Below, piece after piece: positions 23,801-36,752 of a DNA stretch of 64,000 nucleotides. The first letter of the stretch is position 1. Each line of letters begins with the position of its first letter. The DNA is taken from assembly GCF_000143415.4 (NCBI RefSeq), contig NW_003314266.1:3294398-3358397 (forward strand). The letters are read 5' to 3'. Source of the DNA: Selaginella moellendorffii (taxonomy: Eukaryota; Plantae; Lycopodiophyta). The notes under the pieces are model-generated. The model did not search any database. It saw nothing but the letters and a program-made list of their open reading frames with translations, and was not told the origin of the DNA. The position numbers and the translations under genes are program-made.

Positions 23801-25600
23801 GCTATAAACTTCTTCGAGCTTTTGGTTCAATGAGTTTTATGCTCATTCCTCCATTTGTTAGAAGTTGTTGGGGAAGGCATTTTGGCTTATTAACTTCAAT
23901 ATTAAAGTGTAAGCTATAAATTTTTCCTTTCCAATTTGCCAACTTACCTCATCTATCCGACTAACACTGCCTTGGCTTTAGCTAAGTTCCCTTGCTAAAG
24001 TTCCCGCCTATTGTACCAGCTTCTACTTGATTTTAGCTACTCACTTCACAAGCAATGGAGCATTAGCCATCCATCCACGGATTCCCAAATCTCTCTCAAT
24101 CCCCCTCCCCAAGTTAAATTGGACATAAGGTTCGGTTACATTCCCTGTAGGCACAAGCAGCCAAGCACACCAAGCCTCCAGGTTCCTAACATCCCTTGGT
24201 ACCACAAGACTTAATCATGGGACCCTCTAAATCCCAAGTTTTAGGTGCAACACATGTTTCGGGATGCCAAGGCGAAACACTGTGGCCTAACGGCCTGGTA
24301 TGGATACCTCTACCCCCCCACTTCCATCCTGAAGGGAAGGCCCAAACCCCTAGGAAGGGTGAGGATTAATGAGCCACAAAGTACTCAAGTGGGGCACCAC
24401 TCCACATGAGCCGGAAGCACCACAGTCAATTTCCCTTTCGGGAGTGGGAGTTGCTCTTGAGCACTTCCTTGGGTGGCCCCTCCAGCACCACCCGAGTCCA
24501 TGCTCACTCCCACCCAAGGCCCCTCGGCCTCAGTCTCAACCTCAAGTCAATTTGGAAACACCACTGGAGAGTTCCTTCAAGACTGGTTCCTAGACGTCAC
24601 TATCCCTACTATACTTTTGGAACCCTCTGCAGCCAGACTCGGTCTCGGACCCGATCTTAGATCTCGGACTCTGTCTAGAACTCGGTCTCGAACTCGGTCT
24701 TGAAGTCGGCCTCGGACTTGATCCCGGAATTTATCTCGAACTCGGTCTCAGAGTCGGTCTTGGACTCGATCTTAGACTCGGTCCCATCCGATGAACTCTT
24801 TGTCATTTCGGTCATGCTTTCGGGAATCCTTTAGCCTATGACACCTCAGGGAGTTGGTTCCTTACATGAAGTTGGCTTTTGCATCTAGCAATCATTGATG
24901 ATGATTGACTGTCATTTAGGGCAGTTGATTATCCTTGTCAAAGGTTTTGCTTGATTATTGTTGATATTGAATGTTCTGTTGTTCTTTGGGATGGTAGATT
25001 CTTTTTTCAACGATGATTATGCATCTCTTTATTGATGGGATGATTGATGATCTTTTATGATATCTAATAGGTTATGGCTTTTTGCAATACCACAGGTTTT
25101 TTGTGGTTTGCTTTGGATTAGTCTCGTCAGTTTGAGATATCGATAGGATGTTGCTGACACTTGCTTAACAATTTGAGTTCCTTCGTATTATGACTGGGAT
25201 TTATTCAGATTGGCTAGTGCAATAGTTAGCATGAACGCTATGTTTTTTAATCCTGCAACATTCATTTTGTTTTGTTGATCATTGCCTAAGTTAGTTCTGA
25301 TAGATTGGGATGTTATTTCCTTTGGGTGATACATTCGCGAGCATTTTGCTTGCTAGTCAATGATACTTTGTGTTCTTTGAGTTCTCTTTCATAAGTTTTT
25401 TGGCATTCTGTCTGCAATCTTCGGTAGTTAGGTTTCATCATTGAGTTTCCTTGATGATGGACTTGCTATTGACTTTTGTTGGATGGTGATTCCTATGTTT
25501 ACCAATTATGATGATTTTGGTGGTTCCTATATTATAATACTAGTTTATCGGATGATAACTCACCTGAAATACTTTTCTAATATAATCTAAGGTTTATTCA
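20898..25600 (+). pseudogene. Highly decayed Ty3/gypsy pol (internal region of family B)
   Basis: Residual IVVELDSS (RNase H F.VETDAS-like) near 22615 with plausible downstream motifs; no ORFs; G/T-rich. Continues 9020-9650 across the transposon insertion. Confidence 0.45.
23908..24866. repeat. Solo LTR related to LTR A
   Basis: TGTAAG...CTTACA termini; TSD TAAAG/TGAAG (1 mismatch); decayed GGWCTC satellite at ~24637-24785. Confidence 0.75.
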
Positions 25601-25629
25601 TTGATAATTAAGTCTCTAAAATATCATTG

Positions 25630-27212
25630 TTGAGTCCTGATTGTTCGGTGAAAGAAAGGAGACATGGGATGCAGAAGTTGCAGGAATTGGTGGTGGCTTT
25701 GATGAAAGGTGGTGACAAGCTTGATAAAGAAGAAATGTTATTTTTATTTGGGGAGTCTAAACAGATAGCTCCTACTCTGTTTGGATAGGGTCATTTCCCG
25801 ACTGCAATAGAGGTGGACCTTGAGGTAGAGTGAACTCGAGCAATTGGGAAGGCTTCTTGGGATACACAACTGCTTTGTGATTAGGATTAGCACAGTAGAG
25901 GCAAAGATTCTGAGATACTCAACATTGCTTCTTAGTAGGACTCAACTTCCCTCTAATGAGTCAGGGAGTACTAGAAATATCAATTGGGATTGGAGCAGTA
26001 GGTTTAGGAGTATGCCCCGAAGACTCAAGCTGGGATTCCTATGTCTGGGACGGGAAAACGGCGATGCGGCGACTTTCCTGACGACGTTCAAAGAGACGAT
26101 TGTCGCATTGAACAGCTTTGTTGATGGTGTCCGATAGGTCCATGGGATCCTCCATGGTGAGTAACAAATCCTTGACACCATTGTTGAGGCCAAAATGAAA
26201 TTGATCAATTAGGGCCCACTCATCCCACTGAGTGTCCAAGGCAAGGAGTTGGAACTCCGCAGCATAGATCAAGGCAGGATGAGACCCTTGAGAGAGATGT
26301 CTCATCTTTGTGGTGGCAGCCCGAACCTGATCCATCTCACCAAAACATGCTTCAAGCTTCTCTTTGAACAACTAAAGATCCATCAACTCCGAAACCACAA
26401 CCCCTTTCATGTTCTTCTCCAGGAGAGGAGAAAACCATGACAAAGCTGCACCTTCGAGCAACGTCCCAATTGTGCCGATTTGAGACTTGGGAGTGGGGTA
26501 TCACCGATGTTGAAGTGCGAAGATCAGCTCCATCTGGTTCAGGAATCCGCAAAGCTCCAAACACTTGACTAAGAACTTTGCCAGGAAACTCACATTCGGT
26601 TCAAGAACTCTGCTTGATCCTTGAGCCGAAAGTGAAGCAAGCTCCTGTTGCATGTGAAGAAGGGCCACCTTCAGCTCGGTATTCTCAGACTAGATTTTTG
26701 CAAGGACTTCGGCGAAGAAATCAGGATGGCTTGAAAACTATATCAAGGGGGAAGAAAGAAAAGGGGGAAAAAGGCAAAGGCGGTCAAACAATCAAAACAA
26801 GCTAAAGCAAATGCAGAAAATACAATCTGAATCAAACTGTCAAGACCCCCAACAAGATCAAGACTGAAAAATGCAAAAGACAAAGAGAAAAGCTAGTGGA
26901 GACAAAGAAGAAGCCTTAGACTGGCGTTGATTCAGATTGTGGAGAAATGGAACAAGGTTAACCTATATATACTATAGGTTGATGAAGCTCCACCACGCTT
27001 GGATCAAGGACAACCTAAATATAGCTGAGGTCGAGGAGGTGCCACATCATCATTAGGAAAGTGGTTTGAAAATCAAGAATCAAAGAATTAGGAATAGAGA
27101 AGTGTCTCGAGAGTAAGAAATGTGGTCGTGTCTCGAGAGTCAGGAATGTGGTCTGCAAGTCAGGAATCCGGCAAGAGTCAGGAATGCGGCAAGAATTGGG
27201 GGATTCCTTACA
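25630..27212 (-). mobile_element. Chromovirus-like (Tf1/Tcn1-type) element: 5' LTR plus gag remnant
   Basis: LTR 26838-27212 (TG...CA). gag pieces at 26039-26371 and 25942-26208 (YAAEFQLLA..WDE.ALIDQF, AVQCDNRLFERRQE), plus a NLCLYC knuckle remnant near 25900. No tRNA PBS. Confidence 0.8.
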
Positions 27213-28190
27213 CCATGACGGCAGGAGGTCAGTATTGCTAATTCCCTTTATCACCCCCTTTATTCAAGTGTTAGTAAATTGGGCTTAGCATTTGTATTTA
27301 GCTAAATGGATATAAGGTAGGAATTGTTATATGTTTCTTGCTGAGTATATTTGGCCTAGCTCTTAGTTCTCTTTTGCTCTATTTTGCACTGGCTTGACAA
27401 GAACTTTCGTGTATTGAGATTAGTCCCTTAATATTGCTAGATGAGAGCTTACTATGTCTGCCAAACACCCTCACTATCATGCCTTTTGTGTTAGTCTCAT
27501 TTCGGTTCCAAATGCTAATTATGGAAAGTGTCTAGATTTACTCATTTGGCATATTTATGGAATGTAGAGATTGTCCTGAACACAATGGTATTTGTCCTAC
27601 AACCAAATTTTTAATCTAAATACATTCTATATTTAATAAATTGTGAGCTTGGCCCAGAGACTAACTTCTGGTACTAAAGGTTGCTAAGGGTGAAAACCCA
27701 AAGCGTGTGTTCCTCAGAAGGGGAAGGGGGGGGGGGGCTTATGGGGGGTTCCAAATATATAGTAAGGATAGTGAGTAGGTTGGGCATAGCTGACCAACCT
27801 GAGGCATAGTTTAGCTCTCGCTTGCATGCCTGTCCTTGTTTTACGTCCGGCTTGGGTTTAAACCCAAGTTCCATTCCATGCTAGTTGGTGGAGTACCCAT
27901 ATCCTTGCGTTAAACCACCAATATGCTAAAATAGTGCTAGACTTTGTTTAGCTCCATTTTGCATATTGGTCCTGGCATTGGGACATTGGATACTCTTGGA
28001 CCGTTCCAAGTTGCTCCGTATTCTTGTCCTTTTGCTCCTTGGGCTGTATACTCAGGAGTCACTCCGTGCTCTGGTTCCTTTGCTCCTTGGCTCCATATTT
28101 GGGAGTGGCCCAAGGCCCTAAAACTCGGGTTTTGCACCATTGTTCTTTGGACACATGGCATATAACACATGGCACATGGAGGATTTGTCT
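27213..28190 (+). repeat. LTR B copy, 5' part interrupted
   Basis: Colinear with 7961-8940. Confidence 0.75.
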
Positions 28191-30589
28191 CTGAATGACT
28201 CCACAAGTGTCTTAAAGTCAGCCATATCAGTTTAAGTTAAACTTCTTATCTTTTTTATGTTCCACCAGAGTTTGCATATCATATCAGCTATGGGTTCTCA
28301 TGCAATAGAATCTGCTCTGGTCACTTGTTGCCACATTAGCTCATTGCCACCTTATTCTCAAAAGTGCACAACTTGGTTCTAGCTTGAAAAGGCTTTTGTA
28401 GCATATATGGTTTTCACCCTTTATCCTATGGTGATTTACCATAGGATAACCATAAAGCAGAACCAATCCTCTAGAATATAAGTTCTTGAATTTAGACTTT
28501 CTGAGAGGTCGGATGAGTTGGGCTAGAATTTAGAGGAACATCAAGAGGAAGCATTAGTGGATTTATATATAGTGCTCTGGAAGGAGAGACTCTAATTGGC
28601 AAAGAAAAACCCTAGACACATACGTAAAATTTTCTCCTCTAAACTCCCAAGAATGAAAGAAACAAGGAGTATGAAAGAGAAAAAAAAAAAAGAAAAAGAA
28701 AACTAGCTAGAACTTGTGATAATAACACACTATAACTTCTACAAGAAAGAATAGGAGCACATCTTTTGAAAGGGATCAACATAACACAATTACTTGAGAA
28801 TGTGTGAAAGCTTTAGAAACTATGCCATCCACCATATGCCAAGAGAAAAATATCCAGAGCTAGCAAAATACTGCAAACCTTCCATCAAGAAATCACTCCT
28901 TAAATAGCTCTCCACTAGATCTAAGTGCTCACACAAGACATTTTTCTTGAATCTATGCAAAAATCACAAGCTTAGATCTTTGAAAGCAAGACATGAAGAT
29001 AGAGGCAAGTGCGAGAGAGAAAAAACCCTTGCAGGTGGATTGATTTTACAGCAAAAAATGTGATGTATGACACTTTACAAAGAAGACGCCTTCTACCCAA
29101 ATAAGCCAAAACCTCAACGAATGCTTTTCACAGGAAATCTTTCCAAAACTGAACAGAATGGTATAAAGAAGGAAACTTTGGGAAGAACATAAGATTTGCA
29201 AGCCTGCATTCTAAATCTGTGTGAGAAGGATCTCCTAAGAGTGCTAGAGCTCCTCCAAACACAAATCTGTTAGAACTTGAGATCCTGCTCAATCTTTCAA
29301 GAAAACTCTCCAACCTCCTATGAAAGCTAAACTAGTTTAATTCATATCAGATTCACTAACTATTGAGGCATCTTTCAACCACAATTGCAGCTCCACACCC
29401 TCATATATGCTTTCAGCTCCAAGCTTAAGCGCAAGAGAAAGTGAGGTGGAACCCTAATTTCCCCTTGTAGGGTTGAGGGAATATTCTAGACTTGGAATAT
29501 TCCCTATGCTTACTCAAGCTAGAACTTGCTAGAACAAAATGGTGGAGCTAATTAGCCAAAATGTGAGGATTTGAGGCTCAATTTATGTGAGGTTCACCAA
29601 CCATTGGGGCATCTCTCAGTCCCAACTGTGGCTTCACACACATGCTCACACACTTGGAATTCCAAGCTCAACCGTAAAAGAAAATATAGTGGGTTTAGAG
29701 TTTAGAGGGTTTAGGGTTTACATAATATTGTAATACATGAATTTGTCTTTGGAGGTCTAAACCCTAATTAATATATCTATTCCATATACTTGGTGGAAAT
29801 GAGGGGCATCGTCAAAGTTTTTGGGCAATGCTTTGCTCTAGTGTTTAGGATTATGTTTTTGCTTTTTCCTTTTATCATTCTTCCTTTCTTCTGTAAATAT
29901 ATTATAGCTTTGTGCCAGCTCTAAGATTGTAGCTATCCATTCTATTCTTTCTTTTAATATTCATTGTATTTCCTTCTTTTGCAATGCAATGTTGTCATCA
30001 ATCAAGGTGTTGCCATCTCTAGCTTCCATGGGATGTAATTATACAATTTCTTTGGTTCTCAATGTCTTGCCAATGTCTTGCCAACATGTTATCTAAAATT
30101 TATGGATCTTCACTTGCACTCTCATTCAAAGAAAGAAAAATACACACAAATGTCAATGGGTAGAAATGTCGATTCTTGTGCGAACTAACATATTCAAGGT
30201 TTTCTCTTAATTTTAATGACTTGATGGGACATTTCTTGTGAAAATGGGAAGGTGGAAGATGTCAGTTCTTACACAAACCAACCTCTCCAATATTTTTATT
30301 GTGTTTTTCTTTTTTCTCAAGAGGTAGGGTGAGGTTGGTTCTTGTGCAAACCGACCTCTCCCAATGACTTTGCATTTCTTGTAGTTTACATCTATTTTTC
30401 ACATCTTTTACTTATAAATTATTTTTGTGAGAGCATATATAAATCAAGCTTGACTAATTGAAACTTCCAACAAGGGATTTGAATTTAAAATGCCATAAGT
30501 TTACTTTATATTACAAGTTAGATGTTATAGTATATTGTTTTTCAATTTTAGAGGAAGTATTAAAGCCAGCTTTAATAGTCCTGGTCTCC

Positions 30590-32480
30590 AAGAAAAGGCA
30601 ATCACTTTAATCATTGTGGGCTTGGCCAATTGAGTGGAGATTCATCCCAAATATCCAATAAAGTTCTTGCCGTTCGTGTTAAAGGAGGCAACAAAGAGCA
30701 TAACAACAATGTGGATGTTGAGTCAAATTAACCTTGATGCTACTGTTATTGAGGCTGTTGGTATTGGTGCTCCTGAGGCTACAACTACTAGTGGTGGGGT
30801 ACTTGTGTTTGATGCTGGTGGTGGTGGGGGAGTTGTGCCTTTGGTTGTTAAGGCTGCTCGTGGCAATATAGATAAACCTACTAAAGAAGTTATTGGTAGT
30901 GTTGTAGTTCAATCTACTGCAGAGGCTACTAAGGCCGTAGTAAATACTTCTACTACTCCTCAGGCTAGTGGTGTGTGGGGAATTAGTGGTGGTGAGGGAT
31001 TATACATGCATGATTCTGACACCATCTTGAATGACTATGTTTGGGATACAATCATCCAAACTCAAGAATAGACAATTAGTAAAGTGTTACAAGAAATGGC
31101 ATGGAATGGCCCTCATTGCTTTTTGGTTCCTTTGTGCCAATTGGTTCAAAGCTATTGGGTGTGCTCATCTTACAACCTTAACATGGCTCTCTACAGCCTA
31201 TTTGTAGAGGTCAAGTTTGGGAGCACAACTGGTACCTTTATCATTTCACCAACTTTCCCTAGAATTGGCCAGATAGAGCTAATGACTACTGAATTTGAGT
31301 AAAAATGGGATTTTATATGGCTGCAAAAGTCCTATGAGCTTGATTGATTCTTAGAATAACATGTGGAGATTGCAGGATTCATTAGAAAGCTCTTTTGGGT
31401 GATCAATGGAAACCATAGGTGGCTAGCATTTTGGAAGTGCACTTAGGAGAAGTTCAGAGATGACAAAGAATGACACATTAGTGTTCCAGTCACAGTTGTT
31501 AAACCAATGACTTGGGAGCACACTGTGAGGAGCACACTCCTCAGAAAAAGGCAATTACTTTAATCGCTATGGGCTTGGCCGATTGAGTGGATATTCATCC
31601 TAAATATCCAATAAAGTTCTTGCTGGTCGTGCTAAAGGAGGCAACAAAGAGCATAACAACAATGTGGATGTTGAGTCAAATTGACTTTGATAATACTGTT
31701 ATTGAGGCTGTTGGTATTGATACTGCTGAGGCTACAGCTACTGGTGGTGGGGTACTTGTGTTTGATGCTGGTGGTGGTGGGGGAGTTGTGCCTTTGGCTG
31801 CTAAGGTTGCTCGTGGCAATATAGATAAACCTACTAAGGAGGTTATTGGTAATGTTGTAGTTGAATCTACTACAGAGGCTACTAAGGCCGTGGTAACTGC
31901 TCCTATTACTCCTTAGGCTAGTGGTGTGTGGGGAACTAGTGGTGGTGAGGGATTATACATGCATGATTTTGACACCATCTTGAATAACTGTGTTTAGGAT
32001 ACAATTATCCAAGCTCAAGAATGGACAATTAATAAAGTGTTACAAGAAATGGCATGGAATGGCCCTCATTGCTTTTTGGTTCCTTTGTGCCGGTTGGTTC
32101 AAAGCTATTGGGTGCGCTCATCTTACAACCTCAACATGGCTCTCTACAGCTTATTTGTAGAGGTCAGGTTTGGGAGCACAACTGGTACCTTTATCATTTC
32201 ACCAACTTTCCCCAGAACCGGCTAGATAGAGCTAATGACTACTGAACTTGAGTAAAAATGGGATTTTATATGGCTGCGAAAGTCCTATGAGCTTGATTGA
32301 TTCTTAGAATAACATATGGAGATTGCAAGGTTCATTGGAAAGCTCTTTTGGGTAATCAATGGAAACCATAGGTGGTTGGCATTTTGGAAGTGCATTCAGG
32401 AGAAGTTTAGAGATGACACAGAATGACACATTAGTGTTCCAATCACAGTTGTTAAACCAATAACTCGGGAGCACACTATG
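30590..32480 (+). repeat. Tandem duplication, period 953 bp
   Basis: ORF pairs 30634/31587 and 31084/32037 are both offset by 953; the sequences are colinear. Confidence 0.92.
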
Positions 32481-32660
32481 AAGCTTAACATGGCATGCTA
32501 TAAAATCAACATGTAAGAATTTATGTTTTATAAACTTAGCCAATATCATGTTTTTGCAAGCTAAACTAGTTTGCATTTCAAGCTTATACATTGGTACATG
32601 ACATTGAGCATCTTCAGTTTATCAGCATGCTCTCACTAGAGGAGGTCAAACTATTGTATA
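31587..32660 (+). pseudogene. ParB/Srx-like domain pseudogene (second copy at ~30634-31525)
   Basis: Reading through stops in one frame: FLVPLCRLV..YWVR...GKLFWVINGNHRWLAFWKCIQEKFRDDTE*HISVPITVV, then a GTAAG donor at 32512. Stops are CAG/CAA/CGA/TGG-type transitions. Confidence 0.65.
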
Positions 32661-32769
32661 ATTGTGAGGTATTTGAAGTGATTTGAGTGAAACTAGCAGC
32701 TAGGAAAGGCCAAGAATTGCTAACTTGGTACCAACTACCACTTGATTTTCTATTTGCTGTTTGGGCAAC

Positions 32770-33850
32770 TTACTACTCATTTTGGAATAATCTCAAACAT
32801 AACCATCACTTTTTTGGAACTTTAATATTGACTTCTCCTAATATCCTAGGTATTTCCAACACCTTCCATTGCCCATATTGTGTAAATTCCACTTCCTTAT
32901 CCTAGGGAGTTCTTTATTTGATGGCACTATTATCCTTTCTTTTATCTCATGCTAACATTAGGCACTAAATTCCATTTATCCATCCATTATGCTGAGGTTA
33001 TCCATGATCCTATCATTTGGCTACCTTGCCTTGGCTCCATCTCTTAAAGTTTTCACCTTTTACAAAATTGGAGCAGTTGAGAATCTTATCTTTTGGAAAT
33101 TTATTACCTTTCCCATGATTTGCTAACATCCACTATATGGTGATTTCTTACCAACCTTATTAATTGAATTCCCTTTACAAAATACTAAGGCACAATCTTA
33201 GCCATTAGTTTTTTGCTTCTATACTTTGATTGTTGCACCAAATAGCAAAGGCTTTATTTTGCCATATCTAAAAAGTGTTCACTTTTAGTAAGTTTCTTTA
33301 GGTTTTTCCAATGTAGGCATTATCCATAGCTTAGTTTTATGACCTTTTCATGGGTCCTTCTTTAGAAGCTACTTTGTTGGATTCACAATACTATTGTATT
33401 GTCACAAATTAGTTCATATAAGTATCCTTTTCACTTGGTCACCTTGACCAAGTCACACCATACCATTTGTTTAAATCATTACTTTAAATTAAAAACATTA
33501 TTCCTTAACCAAGCAAAGATCTTATATATGATTATCCAACCACATAATCATTTAATGGTCCATCCCACCAAGTTTACTAATAGATACTAGGTTTAGTAAA
33601 CCTTTAATTTGTTGACCACAACCCTGAAGGCACCCCCCCCCACACTTGTCAGTGCACTTAATCAGTCCTTCCGGCCAAAGGTCCATAGCAATTGAGATTG
33701 AATGTTTTTATATTATTCATCACATCTTTGGTGCCACTTACACTATGTGTTCAAGTTATATATGCCAAACTTTCACACTAAGTACATTAATTGTGCATCA
33801 CAACTCCAAAGCATCCCCCCACTTGGCAATATACCCAAGTATAGGGAACA
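32770..33850. repeat. Decayed copy of family A internal region
   Basis: Colinear with ~1600-2730 (e.g. GGCACTAA.TTCCATTTATCA, GGCACCCCCCACACTTG), with many transitions. Confidence 0.7.
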
Positions 33851-35166
33851 CTATTCCCCAATATCCTTTCTTTAATCCCCACTAAATCTCTCTTTGTCTA
33901 TAGTAGTACTTGCCAACATCACTACAAATCCAAGGTTCGAAAGCTCATCCTTTAAACCCCACTAATCTCTAGGACTTCCTCATAACTATACCCTTGGTCA
34001 TAAAGCAAGAGTGTATCCCTTTTTCCAATCGGTTTGGGATATTTTATATTTTTAAAGCTTCATAACAGCCCAACTTCCAACATGGTTGTTGCTAGTGACA
34101 CTATTATAACTCCTCTCACAAGTGCATTGGAGCTAGCTGAAATCCTCTTACCTCCTCATCTTTGGCCTATTCTTTCTCATCAATATCTCCCTAGCTGCAT
34201 CACTTAGATCTCTTCCAAGAATAGCCTTTCAGCCCTCTAGGAGTCAAGCTCCCTCCTGCCATGGAATAGGATACTCCTTCCCAAAACTCTCAAAGATTTT
34301 CTTATTAATTCTAAAAGATAATAGACCTCTCTATCTAGTTACTCCTTATATAACAAAATGTTAGGATATGTAATATTTTACTACCCTCTGATACCAAGGA
34401 ATGAGAAATAGTCAAACTCACCCTAGTTGACCTATGTCACTAGCTGATATTTAGCTATATGGCTAATTGTGCAAGAAGCTCCTCCAAGAATGTGGAAGCA
34501 TGAAGTCAGCAGGAGTATACTAGAGTTTCAAACAAAGATTTAAGGACTTAATGAGCCACTTAGTTAAATGCACATACAATTTCCACCTGCAAGTCTCCCC
34601 ACACCAGGATTGAAGAAACTATATTCACTAGCCACTCAGCCAAGAAAAGGTGGCACCTTGTTCCTAGCTTGCAAAATGTATTTGGGTTTGGAGCTATCCT
34701 CTGACCGCTTTGATTTAGTAGGTCTCTACTAGAACCAAGGCTAAAAGTGTTGTGCTGTACATATTCTATTACGTAGCACCAAGGCAAGAATCTAGTGAGT
34801 TATGAGAGAAACAAACAAGGATTACTTTGTGAAATTGCTCAAGGACTCCATGTTACCAGTGGCCAACCATGAGCTACAATAAAAGCTCTTCAAAACACTC
34901 TAAACCTCACTAAAAATTGAGTGCAATCTCACTAGCACTCACAATCTCCTCACTGCTTACAAAGATCACTCTAAAAAAAATTTCAAACACTATTAATCAC
35001 TTACCCTCTATATAACTAGTTCTTCTGCTGATTTCCTTCAAATTTCTACTATTCTCTAGTACAAATCCTTCTCCCATGACTCCCAAGGAATATCTCCATG
35101 TCACACCCTAGACCAATCAAAACATGACTTTAACTATTTCAAGGGTTTGAATGTCATATGTTATCG

Positions 35167-36752
35167 AAAACCTTCTCCAAGTAGACCACAGCCAAGTTTA
35201 AGGGAGTGACAGTCTTCCGAAGAGCTAACAACCACACATTCTTCGTCAACCGATCCACTATGACCCATACTTGCTCTTTTTGCCTTTGTGTTCGTGGCAA
35301 AAAAATGATGAAGTTCATAGAGATACTACACTAATGGCTCTAAAGAATAGGTAAAGGTTGCAAAAGTCCCCCTGGCTTCTCCTACGGCTTCTTAACCCGC
35401 TGATAGAGCTCGCATGATTTACAATACTAGAGGATATTAGCCTTCATATTCCTCCAATAAAAATTGCACTTAATCAACTCATATGTTTTCTTCCCCCCAA
35501 AATGATCGATATTTAGACGATCATAATAGTGGAATAAAATTTGAGTAATTAATGCATCCATCCGTGGCAAATATACACAGCAATTGTAATAGAGAATCCC
35601 ATCCACCAATGAGAAAGGCGCTTCCATCTGGTCTTGCAAAGAGGCCACCTAAACATCCTGAGCCTGAGCACGTTTAACCAACTGCCCAAATTCACTCAAA
35701 TGATGACAAAACCGTATTTGTAACGCTGCATATGACAAATATAAGATAAAGCATTTGCCACCACATTTAATTTTCCTAGATAATGCTCAATAGAAAACTC
35801 CCTAAACTCTATGAGTTTGACCATCCAACAAACTTGCCTAGTGTTCAACTCCTTCTATGTATAAAAATACACAAGTGGTTTGTGATCCGTTAACACCATG
35901 AATACTATACCATAAAGATAGTGTCGCCACGTCCACAAAGCATGAACAATAGAGAGTAACTCTTACTTATATATGGAATAGCATTGCTCCATGGGATTCA
36001 AAGTTTGACTCTCATATACAATATGCTATCCCTCTTGTATGAGAACTCCTAGTGTGTAACCACTCACATCACATGTCATCTCATAAGGTTTTGATGGATC
36101 AGCAATGTGAAGCACTGGAGTCTCACTTAACAATTGTTTCAATGCCACAAAACTCTCCTCTTGTGGCTTCTTCCACTCGAATAACACGTTCTTGCGCAAC
36201 AACTTTGTCAAAGGAATAGCCACCTCTGCGAACTTATGTTAGAAACATCAGTAATAACTAGCCATTCTAAGGAAACTGCATAACTTGGCCATTGTAGTCG
36301 GTGTAGGCTACAACACAAAACTCCTTAAACCAATTCCACCACCAAAGATCTGCATCACGCAAAACCATTGGAATAGCCACTAAAGCCTTTGCATTTGAAG
36401 TTCCTCTAGCAGTTAAGAACTTCTTCACATTGGCTAGCCAAGCGAGACATTTGTCCACACCACCATCACTAGAAAAGGTTGGAATCTTGAGTTGATCTAC
36501 TAAGGAAAGTTTACTTAAAGGGCTACCATATCCAGCCTTGAGTGCCTCAACATGCTCATGCATGGCCATCATGCCATACATCTCATCTTGCATCTTTTGC
36601 TAATTTTGATTAAGGGCTCACAACTTATAAATAACATCTTGAATGGTCCAAACCTCCGCAATTCCGTTGGCACCATCTTTGGCACCACCATCGACAATAG
36701 GATTCTAGCATTCAACTTGGTTAGCCATCGCAACCAACTCCTCTGATACCAA
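35167..36752 (-). pseudogene. Deleted Ty3/gypsy family D copy (gag 5' end joined to RNase H/integrase)
   Basis: Homologous to 39255-40400 and 42420-42854; PBS CTCTGATACCA at 36741-36751. Confidence 0.85.

Noticed and set aside
28200-30500. Possible gene or element in the A-rich region
   Set aside because: No ORF, termini or homology could be supported by eye.
30679-32591. Minus-strand phytocyanin/AGP-like gene (Pro/Thr-rich)
   Set aside because: The similarity is compositional only; the plus strand gives a coherent frame with a GNHR motif and a splice donor.
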